From positions 64,001 through 128,000 of IMG/VR virus record IMGVR_UViG_3300032287_003559: DNA of 64,000 nt; one strand, 5' to 3'. This document shows positions 30,587-41,384 of this stretch, one piece after another. How positions within the stretch are numbered: position 1 is the first letter of the stretch; every line of letters starts with the position of its first letter. Both the position numbers and the translations under genes were made by a program. The notes under the pieces were generated by a model that did not search any database, was not told the DNA's origin, and worked only from the letters and a program-made list of their open reading frames with translations. Source of the stretch: a virus.

Positions 30587-31826
30587 TATGTTTCATAAAA
30601 TAGAAAAATGTAGAGTTTGTGGAAATACTCATCTAGAATTAGTCTTAGATTTAGGAAATCAATACGTCTCTGGAATTTTTCCCAAGAAAGTGGACTATGA
30701 GTTGTACAACGGACCACTAAAACTTGTTAAATGTAACGAAATGAATGGTGGATGTGGTCATGTTCAATTAGAACATACCTTCGATCTTCCGACCATGTAC
30801 GGTGAGGAATATGGGTATCGTTCTGGTTTGAATTCAAGTATGGTGAAGCATCTTCAAGAAAAGCATCAAAAGATTGTAAATTTTTATGATTTGAAAGAAA
30901 ACGATATTGTAATTGATATTGCTGGAAACGATGGAACATTTCTTGGATTCTTTTCAGAAAAACTGAGACTTGTTAGCATTGATCCGACTTCTAAAAAGTT
31001 CTCAAAGTATTTCAAAGAACACGTAGATTATATTGCTGATTTCTTTACTGAAGAAACTTTTAGAAAACATTTTGGTAATCAAAAAGCAAAATTAGTAACA
31101 TCTTTTTCGATGTTCTATGATTTGGAAGATCCGTGCCAGTTTGCTAAAGAAGTAAATTCCGTTCTAGATCCTGAAGAAGGTATTTGGGTTTTGGAACAAA
31201 GTTATATGCCTGAAATGCTTCGCGTCAATTCTTTTGATACTGTATGCCATGAGCATCTTTCTTATTATGGAATGAGGCAGATCAAATATATTATGGATAA
31301 AGCAAATCTTAAAATTATTTCTTATGAATTTAATGATGTAAATGGCGGTAGCATTTCTTTGGTGGTTTCTAATAAAGATAGTAAGTATGAAGAATGTACT
31401 GAAATGTTGAGTGAAATTATTAAAGAAGAACTTGATCTTAAATTAGATACTATTGAACCATGGCAAAAATTCCAACTAAGAATTGAAGAATGTAAAAAAA
31501 GTTTCTGGAAAATTATTGAAGAGTGTAAAAAAGAAGGATTAAAAATCTGTGCTCTTGGAGCTAGTACCAAAGGAAATATAACACTTCAAACTTGGAAAAT
31601 TACTTCAGATGATATTGAAGTAATTGGTGATGTAAACCCAGATAAAGACGGATCATTTACTCCTGGAACTTGGATTCCAATTAAAAGCGAGGATGCTGTT
31701 ATAGACACTTATGATGTGTTTGTTATTCTCCCCTGGCACTTTAGAGAATTTTTTATGACTAGTGAAAAATTTAAAGGTAAGAAATTACTCTTCCCACTTC
31801 CAACTGCTGAAATTGTAACTGTTTAA
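30576..31826 (+). CDS. NDP-sugar C-methyltransferase (Zn-binding N-terminus)
   Basis: CRVCG...[31 protein letters not shown]. Confidence 0.8.
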   Translation: MTIDMFHKIEKCRVCGNTHLELVLDLGNQYVSGIFPKKVDYELYNGPLKLVKCNEMNGGCGHVQLEHTFDLPTMYGEEYGYRSGLNSSMVKHLQEKHQKIVNFYDLKENDIVIDIAGNDGTFLGFFSEKLRLVSIDPTSKKFSKYFKEHVDYIADFFTEETFRKHFGNQKAKLVTSFSMFYDLEDPCQFAKEVNSVLDPEEGIWVLEQSYMPEMLRVNSFDTVCHEHLSYYGMRQIKYIMDKANLKIISYEFNDVNGGSISLVVSNKDSKYEECTEMLSEIIKEELDLKLDTIEPWQKFQLRIEECKKSFWKIIEECKKEGLKICALGASTKGNITLQTWKITSDDIEVIGDVNPDKDGSFTPGTWIPIKSEDAVIDTYDVFVILPWHFREFFMTSEKFKGKKLLFPLPTAEIVTV

Positions 31827-31828
31827 TT

Positions 31829-32764
31829 ATGGAAAAAACTTCTAAAATTTTTGTCGCAGGACATAGAGGACTTGTTGGTTCTGCTATTTTAAGAACTCTC
31901 ATTGAAAGGGGTTATAGTAATATAATAACTGCAACCAGACAAGAAGTTGATTTACTTAATCAATCTCAAGTTGAGAAATTCTTTGAAAGAGAAAGACCAG
32001 AATATGTATTTGATGCAGCTGCCCGTGTCGGTGGTATTCATGCTAACAATCAATATTCTGCAGAATTTGTTTATGAGAATATCCAAATCCAAACCAATCT
32101 AATTCATTATGCTTGGAAATACGGAGTTAAAAAGTTTCTCTTTATTGGATCAGTTTGCATCTATCCTAAGTATGCTGAAGTTCCAGTAAAAGAAGAATCT
32201 CTTATGACTGGTTATCTGGAACCAACAAATGATGCATATGCTGTTGCTAAAATTTCTGGTATCAAAATGCTTCAAGCATACCATAAACAATATGGATTTA
32301 AAAGCGTATCTTTGATGCCTTCTAACATTTATGGTCCTGGTGATAATTTTCATCCAGAAAATGGACATGTTATTCCTTCAATGATTACCAAATTTAACAA
32401 CTCCGATGGAAAGAAAGTTGTTTTTTGGGGAGATGGAACTCCTATGAGAGAATTTCTTTATTCTGATGACCTCGCAGATGCTTGCCTATTCGCGATGGAT
32501 CACTTTGAAAACTCCGAATTGGTGAATGTTGGATCTGGATATAATGTCAGTATTAAAGAACTTGCACAAACAGTTGCTGGAGTTGTTGGATATAATGGAG
32601 AAATTGGTTGGGACACTTCACGTCCAAATGGAACTCCAAATCGTCCATTAGATTATTCTAAGATGACTGAACTTGGTTGGAATCCAAAACATAGTTTGCG
32701 TTCTGGTCTTGTAAAAACTTATAAATGGTTTAGTGAAGTAACCAATTATGATTCTTGCAAATAA
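31829..32764 (+). CDS. fcl: GDP-L-fucose synthase family
   Basis: AGHRGLVGSA, AARVGGI, CIYPK, YAVAK, HVIP. Confidence 0.93.
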   Translation: MEKTSKIFVAGHRGLVGSAILRTLIERGYSNIITATRQEVDLLNQSQVEKFFERERPEYVFDAAARVGGIHANNQYSAEFVYENIQIQTNLIHYAWKYGVKKFLFIGSVCIYPKYAEVPVKEESLMTGYLEPTNDAYAVAKISGIKMLQAYHKQYGFKSVSLMPSNIYGPGDNFHPENGHVIPSMITKFNNSDGKKVVFWGDGTPMREFLYSDDLADACLFAMDHFENSELVNVGSGYNVSIKELAQTVAGVVGYNGEIGWDTSRPNGTPNRPLDYSKMTELGWNPKHSLRSGLVKTYKWFSEVTNYDSCK

Positions 32765-32787
32765 ATAACCCAAATAATTTTCATAAC

Positions 32788-33468
32788 ATGTATAATAGAC
32801 TTTTAACCGAAGATGATGTTTCGGAATTTTTTGAAATAATAAAGAAGGAAAAGTATCCAGAAAAAGGATTTCAACATAAAGATTTGTGGAACATTCCTGG
32901 TGGATTTGTTAAATGGATTTCAGTTTTAGAAGAGTTTAAGACTATTGGTAAAAATAATTTAAAAGTTATCGACCTAGGATCTTCTACAGGAGTTGTACCT
33001 CATATCATTGCAAGCTGGGGAAATGATGTAACTGGAATTGATATTGAATTGTCCGATCATTGGTGCCCTAAAAATTTAATTAGAATGGTTATCGGGGATG
33101 CTTTACTTGAAATGAAAGAAATTGAAGATGAAAGCATTGATGTGGTTACTGATCTATGTGCAGTTCATGAGTTTAATACAAGTGATAATGGTAAAGTTAA
33201 GAATGTTGGACTAAAAGAAGTCTCAGAACAAATTTACCGAATATTAAAACCAGGTGGAAAATTTCTTAGTTCAACTGATGTTTCTCTTGTTTATCCTGCA
33301 GCACAGCCTGGGGGATTTATTCCTCCAGAAGATATAATTAAAATCGTAGAATCTTCTGGGTTAAAACTAACTAGTCCATACAAAAAAGAATACGAGCAAT
33401 CTGAATATAATCCAATCTATCAACCCGCAGTTGGATTGCATATTGCTACTTTTTCTTTTGAAAAATAA
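32788..33468 (+). CDS. Class I SAM-dependent methyltransferase
   Basis: VIDLGSSTG, TGIDI, RILKPGG. Confidence 0.8.
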   Translation: MYNRLLTEDDVSEFFEIIKKEKYPEKGFQHKDLWNIPGGFVKWISVLEEFKTIGKNNLKVIDLGSSTGVVPHIIASWGNDVTGIDIELSDHWCPKNLIRMVIGDALLEMKEIEDESIDVVTDLCAVHEFNTSDNGKVKNVGLKEVSEQIYRILKPGGKFLSSTDVSLVYPAAQPGGFIPPEDIIKIVESSGLKLTSPYKKEYEQSEYNPIYQPAVGLHIATFSFEK

Positions 33469-33492
33469 GTTAAATTTAAAAATTATTAAAAC

Positions 33493-34428
33493 ATGTACAA
33501 AGGAAAAAAACTAATTGCTTGCTCTCCTGTAGGAAGAAAATCTTCCATGAAGTGCCTATTCAAGCATATTTTGAATAATCGACATATTCTAGATGAATTT
33601 CATTTATGGGTTAACACTGTAAATGAAGAAGATTTGGAATATATTAATAATTTTTCAAAACAATATCCAGACTTTGTTCATTTGAAATATGGATGTGATG
33701 AATTGGACCCAGAACAAATGGGCAAATCTCATAATGTAAAAAGATTTTATAATTACTGCGTAGAACCAGATACGTTTTATTTTAAAATAGATGACGATGT
33801 TATTTTTATTGAGGATGGAACTTTTGAAAAACTATCTCAATATAAATTAGATAATCCAAGCACTTTCCTTACATTTCCTACCATAATCAATAATCCATGG
33901 TGTACTCATTTTCTTAGAGTATCTGGAATCATTGATATTCAAGAATGTCCAGTATGCACTTATACATGGAACTCTGATTTTGAAAAATGCAAAGAATTGA
34001 TTAAATCATCTCCATCTGTAATGAGTGATAATCTATATGAACCTAAACTAGAAGATTTTATTCCTGAAGATAGAGTTATAAGTAGGTTATATTGTTTTGA
34101 TCCGCATATTGCATACAATCTTCTAAATGAGTTTCACAAAAAAATCGTAGAAAATAATCTGTCTGATTTAGATTTTGAAAATATTGTTTTGGAAAATTAC
34201 GAAACTGTATGCATAAATTTTGTAATGTGGGCTGGAGAAGATTTTGCAAAGTTTGATGGTGATGTTAAATCTGTTGGAGATGAACCTTGGTTAGCAACTT
34301 TCTATCCATGCAAATTTGATTTAAAAAATGCAATAGTTGGAAATACTAGAGTCGCTCACTATGCGTTTTGGCCACAAAGACCTCACTTAAATACTACTGA
34401 TATTTTAGAAAAGTATGAAACATTATGA
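33493..34428 (+). CDS. Putative GT-A glycosyltransferase
   Basis: YFKIDDDVIF; island context. Confidence 0.5.
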   Translation: MYKGKKLIACSPVGRKSSMKCLFKHILNNRHILDEFHLWVNTVNEEDLEYINNFSKQYPDFVHLKYGCDELDPEQMGKSHNVKRFYNYCVEPDTFYFKIDDDVIFIEDGTFEKLSQYKLDNPSTFLTFPTIINNPWCTHFLRVSGIIDIQECPVCTYTWNSDFEKCKELIKSSPSVMSDNLYEPKLEDFIPEDRVISRLYCFDPHIAYNLLNEFHKKIVENNLSDLDFENIVLENYETVCINFVMWAGEDFAKFDGDVKSVGDEPWLATFYPCKFDLKNAIVGNTRVAHYAFWPQRPHLNTTDILEKYETL

Positions 34429-35518
34429 TTATCTAATCATTGGATGTGGATTATTTGGAGCAACATTTGCAAGACTTGCTACTGATAATGGTAAGTCTTG
34501 CTTAATAATTGATAAAAGAAAACATATTGGTGGAAATTGTTATACTGAAAATGTAGAAGGTATTAATGTTCATACGTATGGAGCGCATATTTTTCATACA
34601 AGTAATAAAACTGTTTGGCAATTTGTGAATAGATTTTCTGAATTTAATAATTATATCAATTCACCAAAAGCTGTATCTAATAATGGGAAGTTATATTCTC
34701 TTCCCTTTAATATGAATACTTTTTATGAATTATGGGGAACTAGATCGCCTGATCATGCTAAATCGATTATCGAAAGTCAAAAATTTAAAGGTACTCCAAC
34801 TAATCTGGAAGAGCAGGCATTATCTTTAGTTGGAAAGGATGTTTATGAAACTTTAATTAAAGACTACACTGAGAAGCAATGGGGAAGACCTGCTAAGGAA
34901 CTTCCCACCTTTATTATTAAAAGACTTCCATTAAGATTTACTTTCGATAATAATTATTTCAATGATAAGTATCAAGGTATACCGATTGGCGGTTATACTA
35001 AGATGTTTGAAAAAATGATTGATGGTATTGAAGTTAAGTTGGAATCTGATTATTTTTCTGATAAAGATTATTTTGATTCATTAGCAAGCACTGTAGTTTA
35101 TACTGGTTGTATTGATGAATTCTTTGATTATGAGTATGGAGAACTTGAATATAGATCTTTAAAATTCGTTCAGGAAATCATGGATACTGACAATTATCAG
35201 GGAAATGCAGTTATTAATTACTGTGAAAAATATCCTAAACAAACTAGAACAATAGAACATAAACATTTTGAAAGATCTAACACCAATAAGACAGTAGTTA
35301 CCTTTGAGTATCCTGAAACATATTCAAAAGAAATGATTCCATATTATCCAGTCAACGATGAAACAAATCAAAAAGTTTACAAAAAATATCAAGAAAAATC
35401 AAAAATGTTGACTAATGTTATATTTGGCGGTAGACTAACCGAATATAAGTACATGGATATGCATGTTGTAATTGAATCTGCAATGAACAAATTTAAAACA
35501 CATAACGGAGTAGTATGA
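34415..35518 (+). CDS. glf: UDP-galactopyranose mutase
   Basis: HIGGNCY, YGAHIFHT, YTEKQWG, GGRLTEYKYMDM. Confidence 0.96.
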   Translation: MKHYDYLIIGCGLFGATFARLATDNGKSCLIIDKRKHIGGNCYTENVEGINVHTYGAHIFHTSNKTVWQFVNRFSEFNNYINSPKAVSNNGKLYSLPFNMNTFYELWGTRSPDHAKSIIESQKFKGTPTNLEEQALSLVGKDVYETLIKDYTEKQWGRPAKELPTFIIKRLPLRFTFDNNYFNDKYQGIPIGGYTKMFEKMIDGIEVKLESDYFSDKDYFDSLASTVVYTGCIDEFFDYEYGELEYRSLKFVQEIMDTDNYQGNAVINYCEKYPKQTRTIEHKHFERSNTNKTVVTFEYPETYSKEMIPYYPVNDETNQKVYKKYQEKSKMLTNVIFGGRLTEYKYMDMHVVIESAMNKFKTHNGVV

Positions 35519-36255
35519 GAATAGCTTTATGTTTATCTGGGCAACCAAGATTTGTCACTGAGTGTGCCCCATACATTTTACAAAATGTTTGTGATGGATA
35601 TGATGTTGATGTTTTTGCACATACTTGGTTTGATGAAGATCTTTTGAATAGACCATATAAAGTTGAAAATAATTGGCCATCGCAAAGAATATCTCCGGAC
35701 GCAGTTAAACAGATAGAGGAGATATATAAACCGATTTCACATAAAGTGGAATCTAGTATGAACTTTAAAGATCCAAATATTGATTATTCTATCTCTTGGC
35801 CAAGATATTGTGGATGGGGAGAACAAACTGAAGAATTTTATAGATTTGTGATTAGTAATCAAATTTCATATTTTTACAGTTTGAATCAGGTTAATATGCT
35901 AAAAAAACACTATGAGTATAAAAATGGATTTAAATATGATTGGGTAGTTAAGTGTAGAACGGATTCTATTGTACAAACCAAAATCGAATTTGAAAAATAT
36001 GATCCAAATGTAATTAACTATACTGGAATTAATAATCAACCAGATGGAATGATTTGTGATTGGTTTGATTTTGGTGGATCAAAAGTTATGGATGTATTCA
36101 TGAGTGCTTTTTCTGTATATGATTTTCCACTCAAAAAATGTATTGATGAGAACAATGGTGCATTTTGTCCAGAATTAATTCATCGAAAAATGATTGATTT
36201 TTTTGGTATAGATAAACAGGCACATCCAATCTACATTTCTTTACCTAGATTCTAA
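35515..36255 (+). CDS. Glycan-island protein, GT-like (paralog of 41385)
   Basis: MRIALCLSGQPR, FAHTW, YDWVVKCRTD. Confidence 0.55.
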   Translation: MRIALCLSGQPRFVTECAPYILQNVCDGYDVDVFAHTWFDEDLLNRPYKVENNWPSQRISPDAVKQIEEIYKPISHKVESSMNFKDPNIDYSISWPRYCGWGEQTEEFYRFVISNQISYFYSLNQVNMLKKHYEYKNGFKYDWVVKCRTDSIVQTKIEFEKYDPNVINYTGINNQPDGMICDWFDFGGSKVMDVFMSAFSVYDFPLKKCIDENNGAFCPELIHRKMIDFFGIDKQAHPIYISLPRF

Positions 36256-36263
36256 TATTAAAT

Positions 36264-36977
36264 ATGAATATTCTTATACCAATGGCTGGTGAGGGAACAA
36301 GATTTCCTAGAGACACCTATAAAATCCCAAAGCCATTAATTGAAATAAATGGAGTTCCAATGATTCAAAGAGCAATAGAATCTTTGGGATTAACTGGAAC
36401 ATACCATTTTGTGATTAGAAAGGATAGTTATTATGATCAGGTATGTACGCTTTTACATTCAATCTTTCCGAATGTAAAAATTATCAGCGTAGAACAAACA
36501 ACAGAAGGTCCAGCATCAAGTTGTCTTTTGTTTAAAGATTTTATCAATAATGAAGAAGAGTTGGTCATTGCTAACTGTGATCAGATTATGTGGTGGGATG
36601 CAGATTTATTTCTTACCACTGCTAGGTATTATAAGTATGATGGTTTAGTAGTAACCTATAGTACAAATACCACAAAAAACAGTTACGCAAGAATTGATAA
36701 AAGTGGATTTGTGCAAGAAATTAAAGAAAAAGAAGTTATAAGTGATATTTCACTGAATGGAATTCATTATTGGAGAAAGGGTAAATACTTTGTGCAAAGC
36801 ACCGAAGATATGATACAATTTAATGATAGAGCACCTAATGGCGAATTTTATGTTGGACCTTCATATAATCATATGATTAAAAGAGGATTAAAAGTTGGAA
36901 TTCATCATATTCCTAACTGGCAGCATAATCCAGTAGGAGTTCCTGAAGATTTGGATTCATTTATGAAAAAACTATGA
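36264..36977 (+). CDS. Sugar-phosphate nucleotidyltransferase-like
   Basis: IPMAGEGTRF...PKPLI, ANCDQ, NGEFYV, GVPEDL. Confidence 0.8.
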   Translation: MNILIPMAGEGTRFPRDTYKIPKPLIEINGVPMIQRAIESLGLTGTYHFVIRKDSYYDQVCTLLHSIFPNVKIISVEQTTEGPASSCLLFKDFINNEEELVIANCDQIMWWDADLFLTTARYYKYDGLVVTYSTNTTKNSYARIDKSGFVQEIKEKEVISDISLNGIHYWRKGKYFVQSTEDMIQFNDRAPNGEFYVGPSYNHMIKRGLKVGIHHIPNWQHNPVGVPEDLDSFMKKL

Positions 36978-37300
36978 ATATAACTAAAATTACAGATTAT
37001 GTGCGTGGATGGTTCATTGGTAACTTTGAACCATCAGTATTGAAAACTCCAGACTTTGAAGTGGGAGTATTGACTCACAAAAAAGATGAGTATTGGGCAC
37101 CCCATTATCATAAAGAAAGTGTAGAATATAATGTTCTTATTTCTGGAAAAATGATAGTTCAGGGAAAGGAGTTAAATAGTGGAGATGTATTTGTATTTGA
37201 GAAAGGGGAAATTGCTGACCCAGTTTTCCTTGAAGATTGTACATTAGTTGTAGTTAAATCCCCATCAATTCCTTCTGATAAATTTGAGGTTGAAAAATGA
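36974..37300 (+). CDS. Cupin-fold protein
   Basis: HYHK..VEYN...GKM. Confidence 0.7.
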   Translation: MNITKITDYVRGWFIGNFEPSVLKTPDFEVGVLTHKKDEYWAPHYHKESVEYNVLISGKMIVQGKELNSGDVFVFEKGEIADPVFLEDCTLVVVKSPSIPSDKFEVEK

Positions 37301-38535
37301 AATTTTTTAGAGAACTAACTGAATACGAAAAGGATCGTTGTGTTGTTGCAACGTATTACATTGAAACATATGAGGATCTTGGAACCCTAAGAGATGCTGC
37401 CTGGAACCTTGCAATCGGGCAGAGTGTGGGTAATCCAAAGGTTCGTAATCGCTGGGAAAGCGATGAGTTGTTTGAACTTGCATCTTGCGTCATTTATGCC
37501 GATGAAGACGAACTCTCCAAAGTTAATTCTGGAGTCGTTAAAATCGGTTTCCCTAAGGTCAATACTGATTGGGAAGGTGATGGTATCTCCCATCTTCTCT
37601 GCCAACTTATGGGTGGACAATTAGATATTGATGTCTTCAAAGTCTGCCGTCTTCAGAAACTGGAGTTTCCTGCCGATGTGGAAGCACAGTTCCTTGGACC
37701 CAAGAATGGTATTGACGGTATTCGTAAGTTTGTTAATCGTTACGACAAACCACTCTCTGGTGCTATTGTGAAGCCCAAGACTGGTATTTCACCACAGACT
37801 CTTGCAGAGATGGTGAAAGAACTTCTTGATGGTGGTGTAGATTTTATCAAAGAAGATGAGATTCTTTCTAATCCTTCATTCTGCCGTCTTGAAGATCGTG
37901 TAGAACTGATTTCTAATATCGTTAATAATTGTGGAAGGAATGTAATTTATACCTTCTGCATTAACGGTGATCATCATACCATTCTTGATCGTGCTAAATT
38001 TGTTGCTGATAACGGTGGAAACGGTATTCATATTAATTTTTGGAGTGGTCTTGGCGTCTATAATTCAGTTAGAAAGATGGATCTCCCACTCTTTATTCAT
38101 TACCAGAAGAGTGGTGACAAGATTCTTACGGATAAGAGACACGCATTCGGTATAGATTGGGATGTTCTTTGTGACCTTGCTGGTCTCTGTGGTGTAGATA
38201 CTATTCACGCAGGAATGTGGGGTGGTTATCTCAGCGATGATGAGAATGAACTTCGCAAAACTATGGAGACTCTTCACAAGCGTAATGTTCTCCCAGCATT
38301 AAGCTGTGGAATGCATCCAGGGATCGTTAACACCACTGCAGAGAAGTTTGGTACAGATTTCCTTGCTAACTGTGGCGGCGCCATTCACGGGCATCCTGGG
38401 GGCACTCTAGCGGGTGCTCTGGCGATGCGTCAGGCAATTGATAAGAATCCTGGTGCAGAGTTCCGTGCCGCAATTGATAAGTGGGGTTATGAAACTGGTG
38501 GCGGTTCTTTACCTGAGTGGGTATTAGATTTTTGA
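37297..38535 (+). CDS. RuBisCO-like protein (form IV)
   Basis: FLGPKNGIDGIR, IVKPKTG, DFIKEDE, DTIHAG, LSCGM, GGAIHGHPGG..AGA.AMRQA. Confidence 0.92.
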   Translation: MKFFRELTEYEKDRCVVATYYIETYEDLGTLRDAAWNLAIGQSVGNPKVRNRWESDELFELASCVIYADEDELSKVNSGVVKIGFPKVNTDWEGDGISHLLCQLMGGQLDIDVFKVCRLQKLEFPADVEAQFLGPKNGIDGIRKFVNRYDKPLSGAIVKPKTGISPQTLAEMVKELLDGGVDFIKEDEILSNPSFCRLEDRVELISNIVNNCGRNVIYTFCINGDHHTILDRAKFVADNGGNGIHINFWSGLGVYNSVRKMDLPLFIHYQKSGDKILTDKRHAFGIDWDVLCDLAGLCGVDTIHAGMWGGYLSDDENELRKTMETLHKRNVLPALSCGMHPGIVNTTAEKFGTDFLANCGGAIHGHPGGTLAGALAMRQAIDKNPGAEFRAAIDKWGYETGGGSLPEWVLDF

Positions 38536-38536
38536 T

Positions 38537-39016
38537 ATGAAAATTATATCTCATCGTGGGAACCTAACTGGACCAAATCCCCTTAAAGAAAATAGTCCTG
38601 ATTATATCGAAGAAGCGATTGCCGAAGGTTTTGATGTTGAGGTTGATCTAAGAGTCCAAGATGGTCAATGCTATCTTGGACATGATGATCCTCAATACTT
38701 TGTAACTATGGAATGGTTGAGAAAGTATAAAGATATTCTCTGGATTCATTGTAAAAATCTAGAAGCACTTGAAAAAATATCAAGTTCTGTGGTAGAATTT
38801 AACTACTTTTGGCATGATACAGATAGATATACTTTAACGAGTAAGGGGATTGGGTGGGTATTAGTAGGACAATATCCATATTCAAAATCCGTAGTTGTTC
38901 TGCCAGAAAAGATAGATTTATATACCTTTCCTCACGGGATTGAATATATAAAAAGCAGTTATGGAATCTGTACTGATATTCCATTTAAATATAAACAAAA
39001 AATAACGGAGAATTGA
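38537..39016 (+). CDS. Minimal GDPD/PI-PLC-like phosphodiesterase
   Basis: ISHRGN...EN...GFDVEVD...GHD, WIHCKN, GICTD. Confidence 0.7.
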   Translation: MKIISHRGNLTGPNPLKENSPDYIEEAIAEGFDVEVDLRVQDGQCYLGHDDPQYFVTMEWLRKYKDILWIHCKNLEALEKISSSVVEFNYFWHDTDRYTLTSKGIGWVLVGQYPYSKSVVVLPEKIDLYTFPHGIEYIKSSYGICTDIPFKYKQKITEN

Positions 39017-39019
39017 CTA

Positions 39020-39661
39020 ATGAAATGGGAAACTGATCTGATTAAAGACATTAGAAGTAATACGCCATATGATGATACTGAGGCTGGTATAAATCATTTT
39101 CTTCATATTTGGCCTGGAATTGAGAATGATCCTGGTGTACTGAATCCATATGATGGAACTGAATGTAGTGAGTGTAATAAAGAAGCACTTCTTCAACAAT
39201 TCCTAAAAGTTCGTGATAACTGTAATGCGATTCTTGAAATTGGAATTGGTAGAAATGGAGAGAACTCCTTTGCTCACGTATTCTTTAAGAATAAAAAAGA
39301 AGAAACCAAATATATTGGTATTGATATAGAAGATCGTAGTTGGTTGGTAGATTATGGTGACAATATCTACACTATCCAAGGAAGTAGTTCCAATTATGAT
39401 GAGAATGTTGAGATTTTCAAAACCATGGGAGTAGAAAAATTTGACTTTATTTTCATTGATGGAGATCATAGCGTAAATCAAGTACTACGTGATTGGGAAT
39501 ACTCACGCCTCTTGAATGATGGTGGTATTGTTGGATTCCACGATACAAGTCATCACACTGGACCATATCTATTTGTAAGAAATCTGAACAGAGATATTTG
39601 GGATGTTATTGATAATTCTTGCCCACAAGATTACGGAATTGGATTTGCTACTAAAAAATAA
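39020..39661 (+). CDS. SAM-dependent methyltransferase (Methyltransf_24-like)
   Basis: ILEIG, FIFIDGDHS, GGIVGFHD. Confidence 0.82.
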   Translation: MKWETDLIKDIRSNTPYDDTEAGINHFLHIWPGIENDPGVLNPYDGTECSECNKEALLQQFLKVRDNCNAILEIGIGRNGENSFAHVFFKNKKEETKYIGIDIEDRSWLVDYGDNIYTIQGSSSNYDENVEIFKTMGVEKFDFIFIDGDHSVNQVLRDWEYSRLLNDGGIVGFHDTSHHTGPYLFVRNLNRDIWDVIDNSCPQDYGIGFATKK

Positions 39662-39664
39662 ATT

Positions 39665-40666
39665 ATGAATGACCTTGAAGCACTAAAATCAAAATATAAG
39701 GTTGTTGTTTGGGGATTCAAACCAGTAAACGGAGTATTTCAAAATACTATCGGTTATGTCTGGAATAGTTTTTATAGAGCTTTTCAGACATTGGGGTTCG
39801 AAACCTACTGGTTCCCTAACCAAAAGGTAGAAGGATTTGACTTCTCTAATTGTATTTTCTTAGCAGAGGGATATGATGATTCAGAAATACCTCTAAACAA
39901 AACTTCAATTTATTATGTGCATTGTGCATACAATCCACAAAAGTATGTTAACAATGTTGGTAAATTTGTTGACTTGAGGTATAACCAACTAAAGATGAAT
40001 CATCCAAATTACATGTTTGAGTTGGATAAAAAAAATACCGAAAAATTGGGGAAAAGTTGTTATTATGAACCATCTACTAATCAAGTAGTTCATTTCAAAA
40101 ATGGTAAAGTAGATTATAATATCGATGATTTTGATAAAGTTTATGTTGCTTGGGCAACTAATTTGATGCCTGATGAAATGGATGAAAATGACATCTATTT
40201 GGAAAGAGAAGATAATGTTTACTTTCTTGGAACAGTTTATTATGATGCTCCATATTCAAACGTAAGTGAAATTAGTGAGTTTGCTCAAGAATGTCAAAAA
40301 AATAACATCGGATTCATTGTGAATGAATTTGAAAGAAATCAACTTTCCGAAGAGGATTATATCCAAATTTCAAAAAAATCTCTTTTTGGATTTGATATTA
40401 GAGGTAAATCTAATGTGGAAACTGGATATCTTCCTTGTCGGGTATTTAAAAATATAAGTTATGGTCTTCTAGGTACAACAAATTCTCCTGAAATTTATAA
40501 TGAGCTTGATGGTCACTGTGTCTATAACAGTTCCCCATCTAAACTTTTTTATAGTGCAATGAAAAGAAAAGACGATATTGAATTTATTAAAGAGTGTTTT
40601 AATTATGTAAAACATAATCACACATATATCAATCGAGTTAAGAGTATTTTAAGTATTTTAAAATGA
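39665..40666 (+). CDS. Putative glycosyltransferase
   Basis: YLPCRVFK...HTYINRV C-terminal pattern. Confidence 0.5.
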   Translation: MNDLEALKSKYKVVVWGFKPVNGVFQNTIGYVWNSFYRAFQTLGFETYWFPNQKVEGFDFSNCIFLAEGYDDSEIPLNKTSIYYVHCAYNPQKYVNNVGKFVDLRYNQLKMNHPNYMFELDKKNTEKLGKSCYYEPSTNQVVHFKNGKVDYNIDDFDKVYVAWATNLMPDEMDENDIYLEREDNVYFLGTVYYDAPYSNVSEISEFAQECQKNNIGFIVNEFERNQLSEEDYIQISKKSLFGFDIRGKSNVETGYLPCRVFKNISYGLLGTTNSPEIYNELDGHCVYNSSPSKLFYSAMKRKDDIEFIKECFNYVKHNHTYINRVKSILSILK

Positions 40667-41382
40667 AGTCATCAAATTTTTTAGTTCATCATCAAGCTCA
40701 TAAAAATAAAGTTGCAACAGAGCATGTTATTAGATCATTTAGAGAATATCACCCAGATGATCCATATGTAATTTGGTCTGATTGTGGTGAAGATTATATT
40801 GATATAGCAGAAAAATATAATACAGATTATTATTATTCCGACTTTAATGTAGGATATATCTATTATGATAAAGAATCTGCATATGAATTATATAATAGAA
40901 TAAGAAAATCATGCGAATTATATAAAGATAAAACGCATGTTCTTTGGATGGAAGACGATGTAATAATCAAAGGTGAAATTTATATTCCAGATGAAGTTGA
41001 GTATTATGGAATGCCAAATATTGGAAACACTTGGCCAGAACTTCATGAATATCTTTGTGAGAAATATAAAGTAAATCCCAACTTTAACTTTTGGTCAACT
41101 GCAGGTGGCGTGATCATGCCTACAGATACTTTTGTAAATAAATTTGATATTTTAGAAAAATTTATTGACGAAGATTATGATCATGTTTACAACAATATGT
41201 GCAAAAAAATTGGTGCTGGAGATATACTAAAAATGGTATCCCAAATAATCACTGGAAAAAATTATACCGTTAATCCGCAAATAACTGATGTTAATCATCC
41301 TACAGGTGTTAGCGATGATATAATTTCAATTGTTCATGGATTCAAGGGGCATTATGTAGAACTTCCTCCTAGAGATAATTGA
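40663..41382 (+). CDS. Putative GT-A glycosyltransferase
   Basis: WMEDDV; island context. Confidence 0.5.
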   Translation: MKSSNFLVHHQAHKNKVATEHVIRSFREYHPDDPYVIWSDCGEDYIDIAEKYNTDYYYSDFNVGYIYYDKESAYELYNRIRKSCELYKDKTHVLWMEDDVIIKGEIYIPDEVEYYGMPNIGNTWPELHEYLCEKYKVNPNFNFWSTAGGVIMPTDTFVNKFDILEKFIDEDYDHVYNNMCKKIGAGDILKMVSQIITGKNYTVNPQITDVNHPTGVSDDIISIVHGFKGHYVELPPRDN

Positions 41383-41384
41383 TC

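Noticed and set aside
37297-38535. True CO2-fixing RuBisCO (rbcL)
   Set aside because: Lacks E60, R295 and K334 equivalents; no rbcS or prk nearby.
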